Virus record (IMG/VR): IMGVR_UViG_3300017964_000010
Span: 1-64,000 of that record
DNA length: 64,000 nucleotides
Direction: 5' to 3' (one strand)
Source of the DNA: a virus
In this document: piece by piece, positions 39,978 to 50,076 of the stretch
Position numbering within the stretch: position 1 is the first letter of the stretch
Layout: each line of letters begins with the position of its first letter
Position numbers and translations under genes: made by a program
Notes under the pieces: generated by a model
What the model was told of the DNA's origin: nothing
Databases searched by the model: none
The model's input: the letters and a program-made list of their open reading frames with translations, nothing else

Positions 39978-41993
39978 TTACGTGCTTAATATTTCAACCA
40001 AATCTGTTGCTGTTTGAACGGTCCCATTATAAACAGTTTCAACACTTCTATTAAAGTACGCTGTATAATTTTCTGGCATTGATGGCATATTTACCACCAT
40101 TTGAGAATTTAAAGAGCCGTTAGGGTTGTAATTATCATAATATAAACTTATTTTTTCATAATCACTATTATCTTTTAGATATACTGCAAAGTCAAATATT
40201 TTATCATTTGCTATATTACCTGTAGTAGAATCATAGATTTCATAAGCTACAGATCTTCCGTTTTCGGCTAATTTTTTAGGAGAACCGTCTGATAAAGTTT
40301 CTTTAGGTCCTTTCTTATAAAGACCCTCTGCAACTACTAAATCATATCCTTCAAATTTTTTCAATTGATTAAAGGTATTAATTATATTTGCTTGTGGGTA
40401 TAAATTTCTTGCTATAATTTTTCTTTCTTCTGAACTTTTTGTATGATCAAAATTTACTGGATCTTTATCTGATGCCACAAATTTAGAAATAGGAACACCT
40501 TTTGCAAGATGTGTTTGCATTGTAATATCTCTTTGATTATTAGGGTCAAAGTTTTGATCAACAGCAATTGTTCTTTCTACTCCACGTGAAGAAGATTCCC
40601 TTAAAGTAAACTTTTTAGTCGCTGCTTGTAATTGTCTATTTCCTATTTCTTCTACACCGGATCTTGCGGTCTGAGACATACTTTTTATACGTCCTGTACT
40701 TCCGGGTGCAAGTGATGCATAAGCCGGATTTAAAACACCATTTGCAATTTGACTTTCTACAAATTTTTCATTTTTAAGATTATTTGGTTCTTTTAATTTT
40801 GATCTTATTTGTCCAGTATTCAATTTTTTATCTGTTATACCATCAGAGTTTTTGGTTTGATCAATACCGTCATTAATTGCAGAATCTCTATCAATTCTTA
40901 CTTGTCTTATTCCTTGATCGCAGTCAGAACAATGGGAATCTAATATATCTTTTGTTGGTTTATATTTTTTCCCTTGTGCCACAGGATCTTCTATACTATG
41001 GGCTGTAGTATTTACACTTCCACCATGTGAAGCACCAAGTGCTGCGGTCCCAGCTTTTACTGCCCCTTTTGCTGTACCATTTAAATCTCCATGAAATACT
41101 TTTGCTTTCATAGTTTTCTTTGCTTCTACTTCACTTGCATGTAGTGTTCTATCAACATAACTATTCTGAGCAAACATTGTTATATTATCACCACCAATAG
41201 TACCTTCATCTCCAAAGACTGATAGATTATTGGCTGCAACATTAACGTCAACAGATGTCATATTCATCTGAGTTTCAGAAGTTATAAATGTATCACCACT
41301 GTGGGCATATTCTGCAACACCGTCAACTTCATTAAAATATGTGCCTTTAGTATGAGAACTAAAACCATTTAAACAAACATTGGAAACTTTTTGTAAAACA
41401 GTAGATGATCTTGTTTTTTGTATAACTTCGTTAAACGCTCCAACAATATGTTTACGATAATTTCTTACTACATTTAAGATATGATTACCGCCAACTTTTA
41501 CATTATAATCACCTTTTACATCTAAGTTATAATCACCATGAACTGTAAGATTTAAATTTCCATAATAAACAATTTCTCCGTTACCGCCAACTTTAAGAAT
41601 CCTTTCTTGACGACAGAACTCTGCTTTCTTTCCTGTATTGCTTATAAAAATACTACCATCTGGAGAAATTTCAATTCCGTGACCATCTTTATGTTTTATA
41701 AGTATTCTTTCGCCGCCGGGAGTATCATTAACTTCAATTACATGACCAGAAGTAGATTCACTAACTTGATTTAATGGGTATATTGCTTTAGGATGATTTC
41801 TAGGATTATCTTTTAGTTTAAAAACTTTTTTTCCTCTGGCTGCTTTATTTACTGATGGTTCTCCAGCATATTCTTTTTTAGGATACTTACCTTCAGGATC
41901 GGCAAATCCATCAGAGGGCACTCCTTCGTTTACAACCTGAGATTTCCCTTGATAAGCAATTCTATCTTGTACTGTATCATTTTCTGTAGTCAT
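39978..41993 (-). CDS. gp5 C-terminal part (needle beta-helix) fused to a degenerate peptidase M15A-like domain
   Basis: DPEGKYP, YPLNQVSESTSGHVIEVNDTPGGERILIKHKDG and VxGxxxxx repeats of the gp5 beta-helix. Confidence 0.75.
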   Translation of the reverse strand: MTTENDTVQDRIAYQGKSQVVNEGVPSDGFADPEGKYPKKEYAGEPSVNKAARGKKVFKLKDNPRNHPKAIYPLNQVSESTSGHVIEVNDTPGGERILIKHKDGHGIEISPDGSIFISNTGKKAEFCRQERILKVGGNGEIVYYGNLNLTVHGDYNLDVKGDYNVKVGGNHILNVVRNYRKHIVGAFNEVIQKTRSSTVLQKVSNVCLNGFSSHTKGTYFNEVDGVAEYAHSGDTFITSETQMNMTSVDVNVAANNLSVFGDEGTIGGDNITMFAQNSYVDRTLHASEVEAKKTMKAKVFHGDLNGTAKGAVKAGTAALGASHGGSVNTTAHSIEDPVAQGKKYKPTKDILDSHCSDCDQGIRQVRIDRDSAINDGIDQTKNSDGITDKKLNTGQIRSKLKEPNNLKNEKFVESQIANGVLNPAYASLAPGSTGRIKSMSQTARSGVEEIGNRQLQAATKKFTLRESSSRGVERTIAVDQNFDPNNQRDITMQTHLAKGVPISKFVASDKDPVNFDHTKSSEERKIIARNLYPQANIINTFNQLKKFEGYDLVVAEGLYKKGPKETLSDGSPKKLAENGRSVAYEIYDSTTGNIANDKIFDFAVYLKDNSDYEKISLYYDNYNPNGSLNSQMVVNMPSMPENYTAYFNRSVETVYNGTVQTATDLVEILST

Positions 41994-42003
41994 GATTTAT
42001 CCT

Positions 42004-43548
42004 TTACGAGGGCGTTGCTTTTGAGTTATTTGCTCCTACCAACTGTGCAGGAGATAATGGTGGTGCTGAACCACTTGAAGATTTATTTGTTTTATTAAAT
42101 TTTGAAAGAATATATTGTTTCATACTAATTCCAGGATCAACTTTTGTTGGATCTGTTTCATTATGACCCCAAACTTGTCCGCCAGGCCAGACAACATAAA
42201 ATGCTCTAAGAAACTGATTTAAACTATTCCATTGACTTGAAGTAATAGATTCTGCACTTATAAAATTATTCGGAGTAGGATTATTACTATTACAGTTATA
42301 TCCTCCTATCATAGAAATCCCTATACTATACTTATTATGTCCATTTGCTTTTGCATGAGCACCCATCATATTTAAAGGTCGCCCTCTTTGAATAGAACCG
42401 TCCTTTTTTATAATATAATGATATGATATACCTCTACCAAAACCTCTATCTATAGCAATATTATGACACTCTTCAGAACCAACATTTCCCTGATTGTTAA
42501 AGTGTGCAGACCAGTGTACAACTACTTCTGTTATTTCTCTACTAGCACCTCTAAAATCAGCAATTAATTCTTCAAAACTATCTACAAATTTAAATTCATA
42601 TGGATATGATCCACCTTTAGTGATTCTAGTATTTTCAGGATAATTCTGTTCATTAGAATTTAATCTTTCTACCTTAACTGTTGGAGGAAGTAGTTTTGAA
42701 AATTCGTCTGTAGATGATGGAACTCCACTAACTACATTTGATAATGAAGGATCTATTTTATAAACATCTTTAAAAATTTTATCACGTTCAGTAGCAGATA
42801 AATTACTACCGCTAAGAGCATTTTCTACTATCTGTGCAGCTTTTTCTTTATTTCCTAATAGTATTTCTTGTAATACACTTTTTAAAACATTTTCTTTTAA
42901 TAAGCCTCTTGTAATAGTAGTTAATTCATTTCTTAATACATCTGTTCCTAATAGTAACAAATTATTTAATAAGCCGCCTTCAAAATTATTAATTGATCCC
43001 AATTTTGATAATAGTTGAGAAAAAAGTGCATTTCCAAATAAATTATTATTACCTTGAGTTTTTTTAATATTTTGAACAACTTCTCCTGTAGGTTCTGTAG
43101 TAAAATTGTTCATTAAAGATTGACTAGGTTCATTTCCCGTAATAGATTGAATATTATTAAATATGGAAAGAGGTGTTGAAGCAATAACGTGAGATTTTAG
43201 TTTACCGGAAACAGGAGACTTTCCTGTTATTGCTTCTAATGGTCTAACATTTGTTGGAGTGGTTTCAAAATCACTATTAAATCCTTGTATTGGATTTTTT
43301 AATCTTACCGGACCAACATCTTCTATATTATCTGGATCAGATTTGTCATTTAGTGTTACTAAAGATTCTATATTACCTACATTCGAGTTTGCATTTTTTG
43401 CTACAACACCATTTCTAACAGAAGAGATTATATTTGCAGCACTTTTTATATCTTGTGTTACATCATCAATATTAGTCTGTTTTTTAAGACTATTAAGAAT
43501 GTTATTAAAACCGTCTTTATCTATTGAATTTTTTAAAAAAGATGACAT
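42004..43548 (-). CDS. Baseplate-region protein with C-terminal N-acetylmuramoyl-L-alanine amidase (Amidase_2, T7-lysozyme-like)
   Basis: EVVVHWSA...ISYHYIIKKDGSIQRGRP...GAHAK...NKYSIGISMIGG...VWGHNE...KVDPG. Confidence 0.8.
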   Translation of the reverse strand: MSSFLKNSIDKDGFNNILNSLKKQTNIDDVTQDIKSAANIISSVRNGVVAKNANSNVGNIESLVTLNDKSDPDNIEDVGPVRLKNPIQGFNSDFETTPTNVRPLEAITGKSPVSGKLKSHVIASTPLSIFNNIQSITGNEPSQSLMNNFTTEPTGEVVQNIKKTQGNNNLFGNALFSQLLSKLGSINNFEGGLLNNLLLLGTDVLRNELTTITRGLLKENVLKSVLQEILLGNKEKAAQIVENALSGSNLSATERDKIFKDVYKIDPSLSNVVSGVPSSTDEFSKLLPPTVKVERLNSNEQNYPENTRITKGGSYPYEFKFVDSFEELIADFRGASREITEVVVHWSAHFNNQGNVGSEECHNIAIDRGFGRGISYHYIIKKDGSIQRGRPLNMMGAHAKANGHNKYSIGISMIGGYNCNSNNPTPNNFISAESITSSQWNSLNQFLRAFYVVWPGGQVWGHNETDPTKVDPGISMKQYILSKFNKTNKSSSGSAPPLSPAQLVGANNSKATPS

Positions 43549-43565
43549 AAATTAAACTCCATAAA

Positions 43566-44435
43566 TTAACCATATGTTTCAAAAACTTTTTGTGCATAAT
43601 TATATCTTTTTTGAAAAGTACCTGGCTGTGGTCTTTCAAATAACTCTTCAAAAATTCTTGTCGATTCTGAAACACTACCTGCACCTGTTAATTCTCCGTA
43701 ACCTAAATATGGTTTTGTTTCCAATTCGTGCATTAAAAAATTTAATTGGCCTTCAAGAGACGAATACTCTACACCGTTTTTACTTGAAAAATCTTTTAAC
43801 TCATCATATCTACTACCTCTCCATTGTGCTAATCCATATGCAGGCTTACCAAGATCATTTGGATTTAAAGTATCTGGTTCTAACCCAGATTCAGCATAAA
43901 GATTGCCTATAACTCCAGCAGCTTGTTCATCTGTGAGACCTTCACCTTTTAAGTAATTAAATATTTTTTCAGCATTGGAACCACCTTTTAAATTTGATGT
44001 ATCAATTTCTCTGCCTTCTTCATCTTTACCATCTTCAACATCGGTATCTTGATCTTTATCATCTGCCGGAGTGTCTCCACTTCCACCACTATTATTTTTA
44101 TTTGTATTTCTTTCAATATGATGAATAGGACCTATAATTATTGGCAATTGAGAACTAAAACCGTCCATAAAAAATCCAAAAACTTGAGCACCATTTTGAA
44201 TTTGAGGCATTTTTCCTATACCAGATATTCCGCCTTCGGTTGATGGTAGTACAACTTGGGCCCAAGGTAAATCATTAACACTTGTCTGACCCCCGTTATG
44301 TATCCCTCTTATACGTACCTTTAATCTACCTAACTTAAGAGGATCTTTATTATCTACAATAATGCCAATAAACCATCTAAAATGGTCACCATAATAATCT
44401 TCCTGTAAAGTTTTTAATTCATTAACTGTTTTCAT
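43566..44435 (-). CDS. gp5 N-terminal OB-fold fused to phage tail lysozyme (Phage_lysozyme2-like)
   Basis: WFIGIIVDNKDPLKLGRLKVRIRGIH...DLPWA...VFGFFMDG (gp5 OB fold), and AAGVIGNLYAESGL...AYGLAQWRGSR...FERP (lysozyme). Confidence 0.85.
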   Translation of the reverse strand: MKTVNELKTLQEDYYGDHFRWFIGIIVDNKDPLKLGRLKVRIRGIHNGGQTSVNDLPWAQVVLPSTEGGISGIGKMPQIQNGAQVFGFFMDGFSSQLPIIIGPIHHIERNTNKNNSGGSGDTPADDKDQDTDVEDGKDEEGREIDTSNLKGGSNAEKIFNYLKGEGLTDEQAAGVIGNLYAESGLEPDTLNPNDLGKPAYGLAQWRGSRYDELKDFSSKNGVEYSSLEGQLNFLMHELETKPYLGYGELTGAGSVSESTRIFEELFERPQPGTFQKRYNYAQKVFETYG

Positions 44436-45784
44436 GCTGTTAAGGTACCATTTGTTGTAGGTTTATATCCTAATTTAGCACAAGAAATTACAGAGTTATA
44501 AACATTCTCTTGAAATACATGTCTGGTTGCATATATCATATATGTACCACTTTTTTTCTTATCTAAATTATTATTAGGATCAGATTGTGATGTATCTGAT
44601 ATATTAGCATTAAATGCTATATTAATTAAATTTCCAATAGATTTATTTACTCCGTTCTGTAAAAAGTTTCTACCGGGCACTGATATATCTATAGATGATT
44701 TATGTAAGAAGTGTCTAAGAGACTTTGTTTTTGCTTTAAACATATGCGATGAAACACCAGATGCTTCATAATAATTTAAAGAGCCGTCTTCAAAAGTTAG
44801 TGTTGGTGTTATTTGTGTTATCTCGCTTGTATCATAATCGTGCATTGGTCCGCCGGGAAATTGTGTTACTCCATCATATATCGGTCTCTGTTGTGCTGGC
44901 GGATAAGGAATACTGGAAAATATTTCTTGTGCATTAATTCTTGCAGTATAAGGTTTATTTTTAATTGTATCTAAAAATGTATAAGTTGAACCAGTTAACC
45001 CTTTTCTTGCCATCATTAACTGATCTTCAAGATTAGAATATTTAAAATCACGAATTGCATAATACTGTCTAGGATCTAGTGTTTCAAATCCAGAACCTAT
45101 TGGTTGTGAAAAAGTATATGCATAGGTATTATTATTTAAAGGTGTTGCATTTAAAATTGTTTCTAAATCCATAAGTCTAAGATTATCATCACATATTGTT
45201 GAAAATAAAAAATATGGTAATCCTGATGTTGTAGATGCTCTATCTTTAATCCAATTAGCTGCACCAATAGGAGTCATGTTTGGCACTACTACTTTAATAC
45301 TACCATCTACATTTTCATTTCCAGCCATTAGAACAGATCTTCCTAAATTTTCACTTATGATGCTACTAATTATTGAACTTGGTGTTCCACTATAAGCTTT
45401 TTGAACACGAATCATTCTCGAATAATAGCCAATATCTTCTATTAAAGCAATAGAATCAAGTTCTGTATTATCATTTGTTTTTACAGCTCTTAAAACTTCT
45501 GTTATTATAAATTTTTTTGTAATCGAAAATTCGTCTCCATCTAGCGAAGTTGAAATTTCAATTGTAACTAATTCTGTACCAGAAATTTCTGCTGTTTCTA
45601 ATATTCTTGATGTATCAGCAAATACAATTTGTGCAGTTAAATACGGTTTATCTACATGTTCGTAAATATTAACTTCATTGATAACAGAGTTTATTATAAA
45701 ACTTGCATTGAGTTCTTGTTTTTCTATTTCAATTTTTCTGATAATAAACTCTGCATTGAGTTCTTGATTTGATTTTTCATTCAT
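44432..45784 (-). CDS. Baseplate hub / tail protein (gp27-like position)
   Basis: VNIYEHVDKPYLTA, VVPNMTP, DKKKSGTYMIYATRHVF, located between gp53 and gp5. Confidence 0.6.
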   Translation of the reverse strand: MNEKSNQELNAEFIIRKIEIEKQELNASFIINSVINEVNIYEHVDKPYLTAQIVFADTSRILETAEISGTELVTIEISTSLDGDEFSITKKFIITEVLRAVKTNDNTELDSIALIEDIGYYSRMIRVQKAYSGTPSSIISSIISENLGRSVLMAGNENVDGSIKVVVPNMTPIGAANWIKDRASTTSGLPYFLFSTICDDNLRLMDLETILNATPLNNNTYAYTFSQPIGSGFETLDPRQYYAIRDFKYSNLEDQLMMARKGLTGSTYTFLDTIKNKPYTARINAQEIFSSIPYPPAQQRPIYDGVTQFPGGPMHDYDTSEITQITPTLTFEDGSLNYYEASGVSSHMFKAKTKSLRHFLHKSSIDISVPGRNFLQNGVNKSIGNLINIAFNANISDTSQSDPNNNLDKKKSGTYMIYATRHVFQENVYNSVISCAKLGYKPTTNGTLTA

Positions 45785-46524
45785 TATCTATTCTCTCGAA
45801 GAGTCTTTTTATAAGAAGAAAATACAGATGATACAATTTCGGGTTTAAATATTTTTATCTTTTTGTTTATATCATTCTGTTCTTTATAATGATCAAGATT
45901 GGTTACTGCTGTTAAATTAGAACCCGGACCAATAGTAGGATCAATATCAACAATGCCTTCAGTATCTTTATAGTGTCTAACTGCATTATATTCAACGGTA
46001 GATGAGTGAACAGTAATAAATTTACCAGATTGTAGTCCGACAAGCTTTACCATTTCTCCATCAATGTAATTTAAAGAACCTGGAACGGTAAAGGTCCCTA
46101 TATTTGAATTAGTCTTGATTACTCTTGTCACAATTTCTTCTTGGTTTGAATCATTTCTGGTAGTAGTAACCAAATCGCCTACTCGAAATTTATCATAAAA
46201 ATAATCTCTTGTTGTAATAGTTGTATTAGTGTATTTCTTTTTTACATATGCTTCTAAACTTTTAAGAGATCTTGGCCAACCACTTTCTTTTAATTTATCA
46301 TTAAGTAAAAAGAAAGTCCAGTAATAATCTGTAGTACCGTATAACATTTGAGAAACCTGATCTGGTCTTTCACCATCGTATAAATTATAAAAAGTATATG
46401 CAGTTGTATTGTCTTTAAGTTTGTCAATTATATCAATATACAAAGACAAATTTTGAATAATATTGTAATCTTTTTCATTGCCAAATTTATAATTTACTGT
46501 TGGAAATCCTGAAAAAAAAGTCAT
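45784..46524 (-). CDS. gp53: Baseplate wedge subunit gp53
   Basis: FFSGFPTVNY, DGERPDQVSQMLYGTTDYYWTFFLLN, WP motif. Confidence 0.88.
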   Translation of the reverse strand: MTFFSGFPTVNYKFGNEKDYNIIQNLSLYIDIIDKLKDNTTAYTFYNLYDGERPDQVSQMLYGTTDYYWTFFLLNDKLKESGWPRSLKSLEAYVKKKYTNTTITTRDYFYDKFRVGDLVTTTRNDSNQEEIVTRVIKTNSNIGTFTVPGSLNYIDGEMVKLVGLQSGKFITVHSSTVEYNAVRHYKDTEGIVDIDPTIGPGSNLTAVTNLDHYKEQNDINKKIKIFKPEIVSSVFSSYKKTLRENR

Positions 46525-46527
46525 ATC

Positions 46528-47613
46528 TTATCTTGCCCCTGCTTCTCTACCAGTGTAACCATCATAATAAGGATTGTCTGCTCCACCATATCTATCTGCC
46601 TTTGCTGACATTCCTGCCATTGCATCAGATTTATTTAAAGTAAATTCTTCAGCAAACGATACTGTAATATTTGTCTCATTAAATTTACCGTCTTTATAAA
46701 AACCACCAGTAGTATTATATGAAGCTGAAAAAGATCTGAGATACATATGTTTAAAACTTAAATTAGGATTTGTTTCAGATAAGTCTATATAAGTTCCTGT
46801 TCCTGTAGGATTTCCATTTACATCTAAATTAGGTTGAAAATACATCAATTTTATTTCAAATAAATTTGGAAACTTATAACCAGCGTCTATGGTAGAACCT
46901 CCAGTACCCTCTAACTTAATAACCTCGGGATAAAGATTTGTTCTAAAAAATGATACAATATTTTGAATAGCAACTTGTTCTGATTGACTTGTTGGAACCA
47001 TTTTAAAGTCAAAAGAAAACTCACGTATATTAACTGCTCTAAAAATCATTCTAGTATTAGGATTAGGTGTTACTCTTAAAGACCCTCTTACAGCATCTGT
47101 TCCAGGACCAGGCAATCCAGCTGCAAGTCTGCTGGCTGCAAGAGATGCTCCAGGACCACTTAAATTTCCTTTTATTGTATCAACAATACTACCAACACCT
47201 TCTTGAAGGGCACCGCCGAGTGAATTTAGTATTCCCGAACCAGCATCCATCCCTCTTGAAATACCTTCACCAAGAATACCAAGATTAGCGGCTTCAATAC
47301 TAACACCATCTTGAATAGTAACTGGTGTCGGCATGTATAAAGCAACAGATTCATTACCTCTTGAGGAAGTAGCACCAGATATTGCAGAATTAGTAAAATC
47401 TGAAAATGTATTACTTAAAGCATTTTCGAGTTCACCAAATAGGCCGTCACTTGATGCTTGAGTTTCATTATTACTTGTACTAACTCTAGCCGAATAAGTG
47501 GGCCCGTGCTTAATAATCGGAGTAAACTTTATATAAGCTTTATATTTGTCTGCATTATCTATAGGAAATATATGTGTTATTCCCGCACCACCCATATTTG
47601 TATAATCTACCAT
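46528..47613 (-). CDS. gp48: Baseplate tail-tube cap gp48
   Basis: VALYMP, PNPNTRMIFRAVNIREFSFDFKMVPTSQSE...IVSFFR...YP, adjacent to gp53. Confidence 0.75.
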   Translation of the reverse strand: MVDYTNMGGAGITHIFPIDNADKYKAYIKFTPIIKHGPTYSARVSTSNNETQASSDGLFGELENALSNTFSDFTNSAISGATSSRGNESVALYMPTPVTIQDGVSIEAANLGILGEGISRGMDAGSGILNSLGGALQEGVGSIVDTIKGNLSGPGASLAASRLAAGLPGPGTDAVRGSLRVTPNPNTRMIFRAVNIREFSFDFKMVPTSQSEQVAIQNIVSFFRTNLYPEVIKLEGTGGSTIDAGYKFPNLFEIKLMYFQPNLDVNGNPTGTGTYIDLSETNPNLSFKHMYLRSFSASYNTTGGFYKDGKFNETNITVSFAEEFTLNKSDAMAGMSAKADRYGGADNPYYDGYTGREAGAR

Positions 47614-47624
47614 TCAAAGTCCTT

Positions 47625-47655
47625 AATAAATAGAATTATCCTATTCTTATTTATA
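47625..47655. promoter_or_regulatory. Face-to-face late promoters: AATAAATA (+, 47625-47632) towards gp4 and TATAAATA (-, 47648-47655) towards gp48
   Basis: Both octamers lie in the 61-bp gap between the divergent genes. Confidence 0.6.
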
Positions 47656-47674
47656 TAATTTAACTGAAAGTACT

Positions 47675-48169
47675 ATGAAAACATACCAAGGAAAATATAA
47701 AGTAAAACATAGATCAAAATATCGTGGCGATGCAGATAATGTAATTTATAGATCAATGTGGGAAAGATATTGTTTTAAATGGTGTGACGACAATCCTTCC
47801 GTAAAAACTTGGGCATCTGAAGAAGTCGTTATACCTTATTTTTATGAAGTCGATAAAAAATATCATAGATATTTTGTCGATTTAAAAATAACATTTAATA
47901 ATGGTAAAACTATTATTGTAGAAATAAAACCAGATAGTCAAACTACTCCACCCAAATTTTCAGGAAGAAAAACAAAAAAGTATATTGCTGAAGGCATGAC
48001 ATATGTTAAAAATATGAATAAGTGGAAAGCTGCTAAAAACTTTGCTGATGATCGAAATTGGGAATTTCAAATATGGACAGAAAAAACTTTACAAAGTATG
48101 GGTATAATGCCAAAACAGTCAACAATGAAGAGTCTTCCAAAGATGAAAAAAATTAAAAAATCATTATAA
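47675..48169 (+). CDS. gp4: Head completion nuclease gp4
   Basis: KYRGD...IYRSMWER...WCD.NP...WASEE...IPY...HRYFVD...VEIKP...N..KWKAA. Confidence 0.92.
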   Translation: MKTYQGKYKVKHRSKYRGDADNVIYRSMWERYCFKWCDDNPSVKTWASEEVVIPYFYEVDKKYHRYFVDLKITFNNGKTIIVEIKPDSQTTPPKFSGRKTKKYIAEGMTYVKNMNKWKAAKNFADDRNWEFQIWTEKTLQSMGIMPKQSTMKSLPKMKKIKKSL

Positions 48170-48172
48170 ATA
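48165..48172 (+). promoter_or_regulatory. T4-type late promoter TATAAATA, 5 nt before the gp2 ATG
   Basis: Exact consensus overlapping the gp4 stop codon. Confidence 0.65.
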
Positions 48173-48177
48173 CTACA

Positions 48178-48777
48178 ATGGCAAGTATATTTCAGAATCT
48201 TGAGATCGAAGCGTTTAGAGCCGGTATTAACCCTCGGACAAAAGAATCAAGGGATTGGTTTAGAAAAAGAATTGGTGCACTACGTGGAGGAGCTTTACGT
48301 AGAATTAATAGGAATCAACTATTAAAAGATGATGAACTAACCTTAGAAAATAGAGCTATTATAGGCAATATGTATATGTTTTTCTACGATCCAAAACATA
48401 AAGATACATTACCATATTATGATAGTTTTCCTTTAGTAATACCAATTGGTCCAGCTGAAAAGGGATTTTTAGGATTAAATTTACATTATTTGCCTCCAGT
48501 ATTAAGAGCAAAATTACTTGACGGACTTATGGATACAACAAACAATAATAGATTTGATGAATCAACTAAATTTAATATAAAATATAGACAATTAAAGAGT
48601 GCTTCTAATTTAAGATATTTTAAACCATGTGTTAAACACTATTTAAATTCTAATGTAAGAAGTAGATTTGCAAAGGTTGAATCACCCGAATGGGAAATAG
48701 CAACATTTCTTCCAACTGCATCTTGGAATAAAGCAAGTGGTTCTGCAGTATATAGAGCATCAAGGGAAATGATATAA
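48178..48777 (+). CDS. gp2: DNA end protector protein gp2
   Basis: MYMFFYDPKHKDTLPYYDSFPL...GFLGLNLHYLPP...KPCVKHYL...EWEIATFLPTA. Confidence 0.92.
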   Translation: MASIFQNLEIEAFRAGINPRTKESRDWFRKRIGALRGGALRRINRNQLLKDDELTLENRAIIGNMYMFFYDPKHKDTLPYYDSFPLVIPIGPAEKGFLGLNLHYLPPVLRAKLLDGLMDTTNNNRFDESTKFNIKYRQLKSASNLRYFKPCVKHYLNSNVRSRFAKVESPEWEIATFLPTASWNKASGSAVYRASREMI

Positions 48778-49346
48778 TGGATATAAAATCTTTTAAAGCG
48801 TCCTTTGAAAAAAAAGGCTTGGCAAGAAATAATCTTTTTAAAGTTGCTTTTCCTACATTTACAGCACTTCCAGATATTACGGCTGAACAGTTAAATTTTA
48901 TGTGTAAAAATGTTAATTTACCTGGTAGAAGTATGAGTGTAAATGAAAGAGTAATAGGTATACCTAAGGCAGAAAAAGTAGTAAATGGTTTCTTAATTGA
49001 CGATATTCAGATGACCTTTATGATGACTAATTCATATGAAGCTAAAAGATATTTTGATTACTGGACTGGTTTAACTATGGATTTTAATACATACGAATTG
49101 AAATATAAATATGGAACAACTCCTGGGACTGGTTTTACTTCTGGTTATACGCGTGGTGTTAATATATCACAATTTAATCAAAGAAATCAAATCATATATG
49201 AATGCGTACTTATTGATGCATTTCCTACTTTAGTTAATGCTATAGAATTTACAAACGAACAAGGAGGGTTAACAGAATTAACTGTTCAACTTTCTTATAA
49301 TAACTGGAAAGGAAAATACTTCGCTAACGAAGAAGCCCCTGTATAA
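48777..49346 (+). CDS. Tail tube family protein (gp19/gp54-like)
   Basis: GLARNNLFKV, CKNVNLPGR, YFDYW, LIDAFPT, LTVQLSYNNW. Confidence 0.75.
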   Translation: MDIKSFKASFEKKGLARNNLFKVAFPTFTALPDITAEQLNFMCKNVNLPGRSMSVNERVIGIPKAEKVVNGFLIDDIQMTFMMTNSYEAKRYFDYWTGLTMDFNTYELKYKYGTTPGTGFTSGYTRGVNISQFNQRNQIIYECVLIDAFPTLVNAIEFTNEQGGLTELTVQLSYNNWKGKYFANEEAPV

Positions 49347-49368
49347 TAAATGAAATGAGGATGAAAAA

Positions 49369-50076
49369 ATGGCGCTGCCAAAGTTAAATGATAAACCAAA
49401 ATATGAATTAACAATACCTTCTTTACAAGAAAAAGTAAGATATAGACCTTATTTGGTAAAAGAAGAAAAAGTATTAATGATGGCTCTTGAATCACAAGAT
49501 AAGGCCTCTGCATTACATGCTGTAGTTGATACAATTACTTCTTGTATAGATGCAGAGATTGATAAAAGCAAACTTACATTATTTGATATCGAATATATGT
49601 TTATTATAATTAGATCAAAATCGGTAGGTGAAGTAAGTGATTTAGGACTTAAATGTTCATCATGTGAAAAAGTAAACGATGTTTCTGTGAAACTTGATGA
49701 TATTGAAATTAAAAAAGATAAAGAAGTAAGTAAGGAAATACAATTAGATGAAAATATTTCTTTAACTATGAAATATCCTAATTTTAATGATGTACTAAAA
49801 TTTGAAGATAATGAATTAACTGATACAGAAAGAACATTTATGCTTATTGGTAAATGTATGGAATCAATTGAAACTGAAGAAGAAAATATTTTATTAAAAG
49901 ATGTATCAGATAAAGAAATAGACGATTTTATAGAATCTTTAAACTCTCAGCAATTTGCTAAAGTAAGAGAATATGTAGAAAATATGCCAAGAGTTGAAAA
50001 AGAAGTAAAATTTATTTGTGGTGGTTGTGAAAAAGAAAATAAAATAATACTGAGTGGTATAGATGATTTTTTTTAG
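49369..50076 (+). CDS. gp26: Baseplate hub subunit gp26
   Basis: MALPKL..PKYELTIPS...YRPYLVKEEKVL...FDIEY.F..IRSKSVGE, CxxC motifs, ends GIDDFF. Confidence 0.9.
   Translation: MALPKLNDKPKYELTIPSLQEKVRYRPYLVKEEKVLMMALESQDKASALHAVVDTITSCIDAEIDKSKLTLFDIEYMFIIIRSKSVGEVSDLGLKCSSCEKVNDVSVKLDDIEIKKDKEVSKEIQLDENISLTMKYPNFNDVLKFEDNELTDTERTFMLIGKCMESIETEEENILLKDVSDKEIDDFIESLNSQQFAKVREYVENMPRVEKEVKFICGGCEKENKIILSGIDDFF
50067..50073 (+). promoter_or_regulatory. Candidate -1 ribosomal frameshift slippery heptamer T TTT TTT at the gp26 end
   Basis: GAT GAT TTT TTT TAG. The -1 frame continues TTA GTG GCT... directly into gp51. Confidence 0.6.

Noticed and set aside
41990-43570. Frameshift or read-through joining the three gp5-region genes
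   Set aside because: Each downstream gene has its own SD and ATG after a short spacer, and no slippery site was seen.
241-44937. Short plus-strand and alternate-frame ORFs overlapping the structural genes (e.g. 33153-33575, 26562-26924, 43574-43912)
   Set aside because: Antisense or frame shadows of long conserved genes, with no recognisable motifs or SD.
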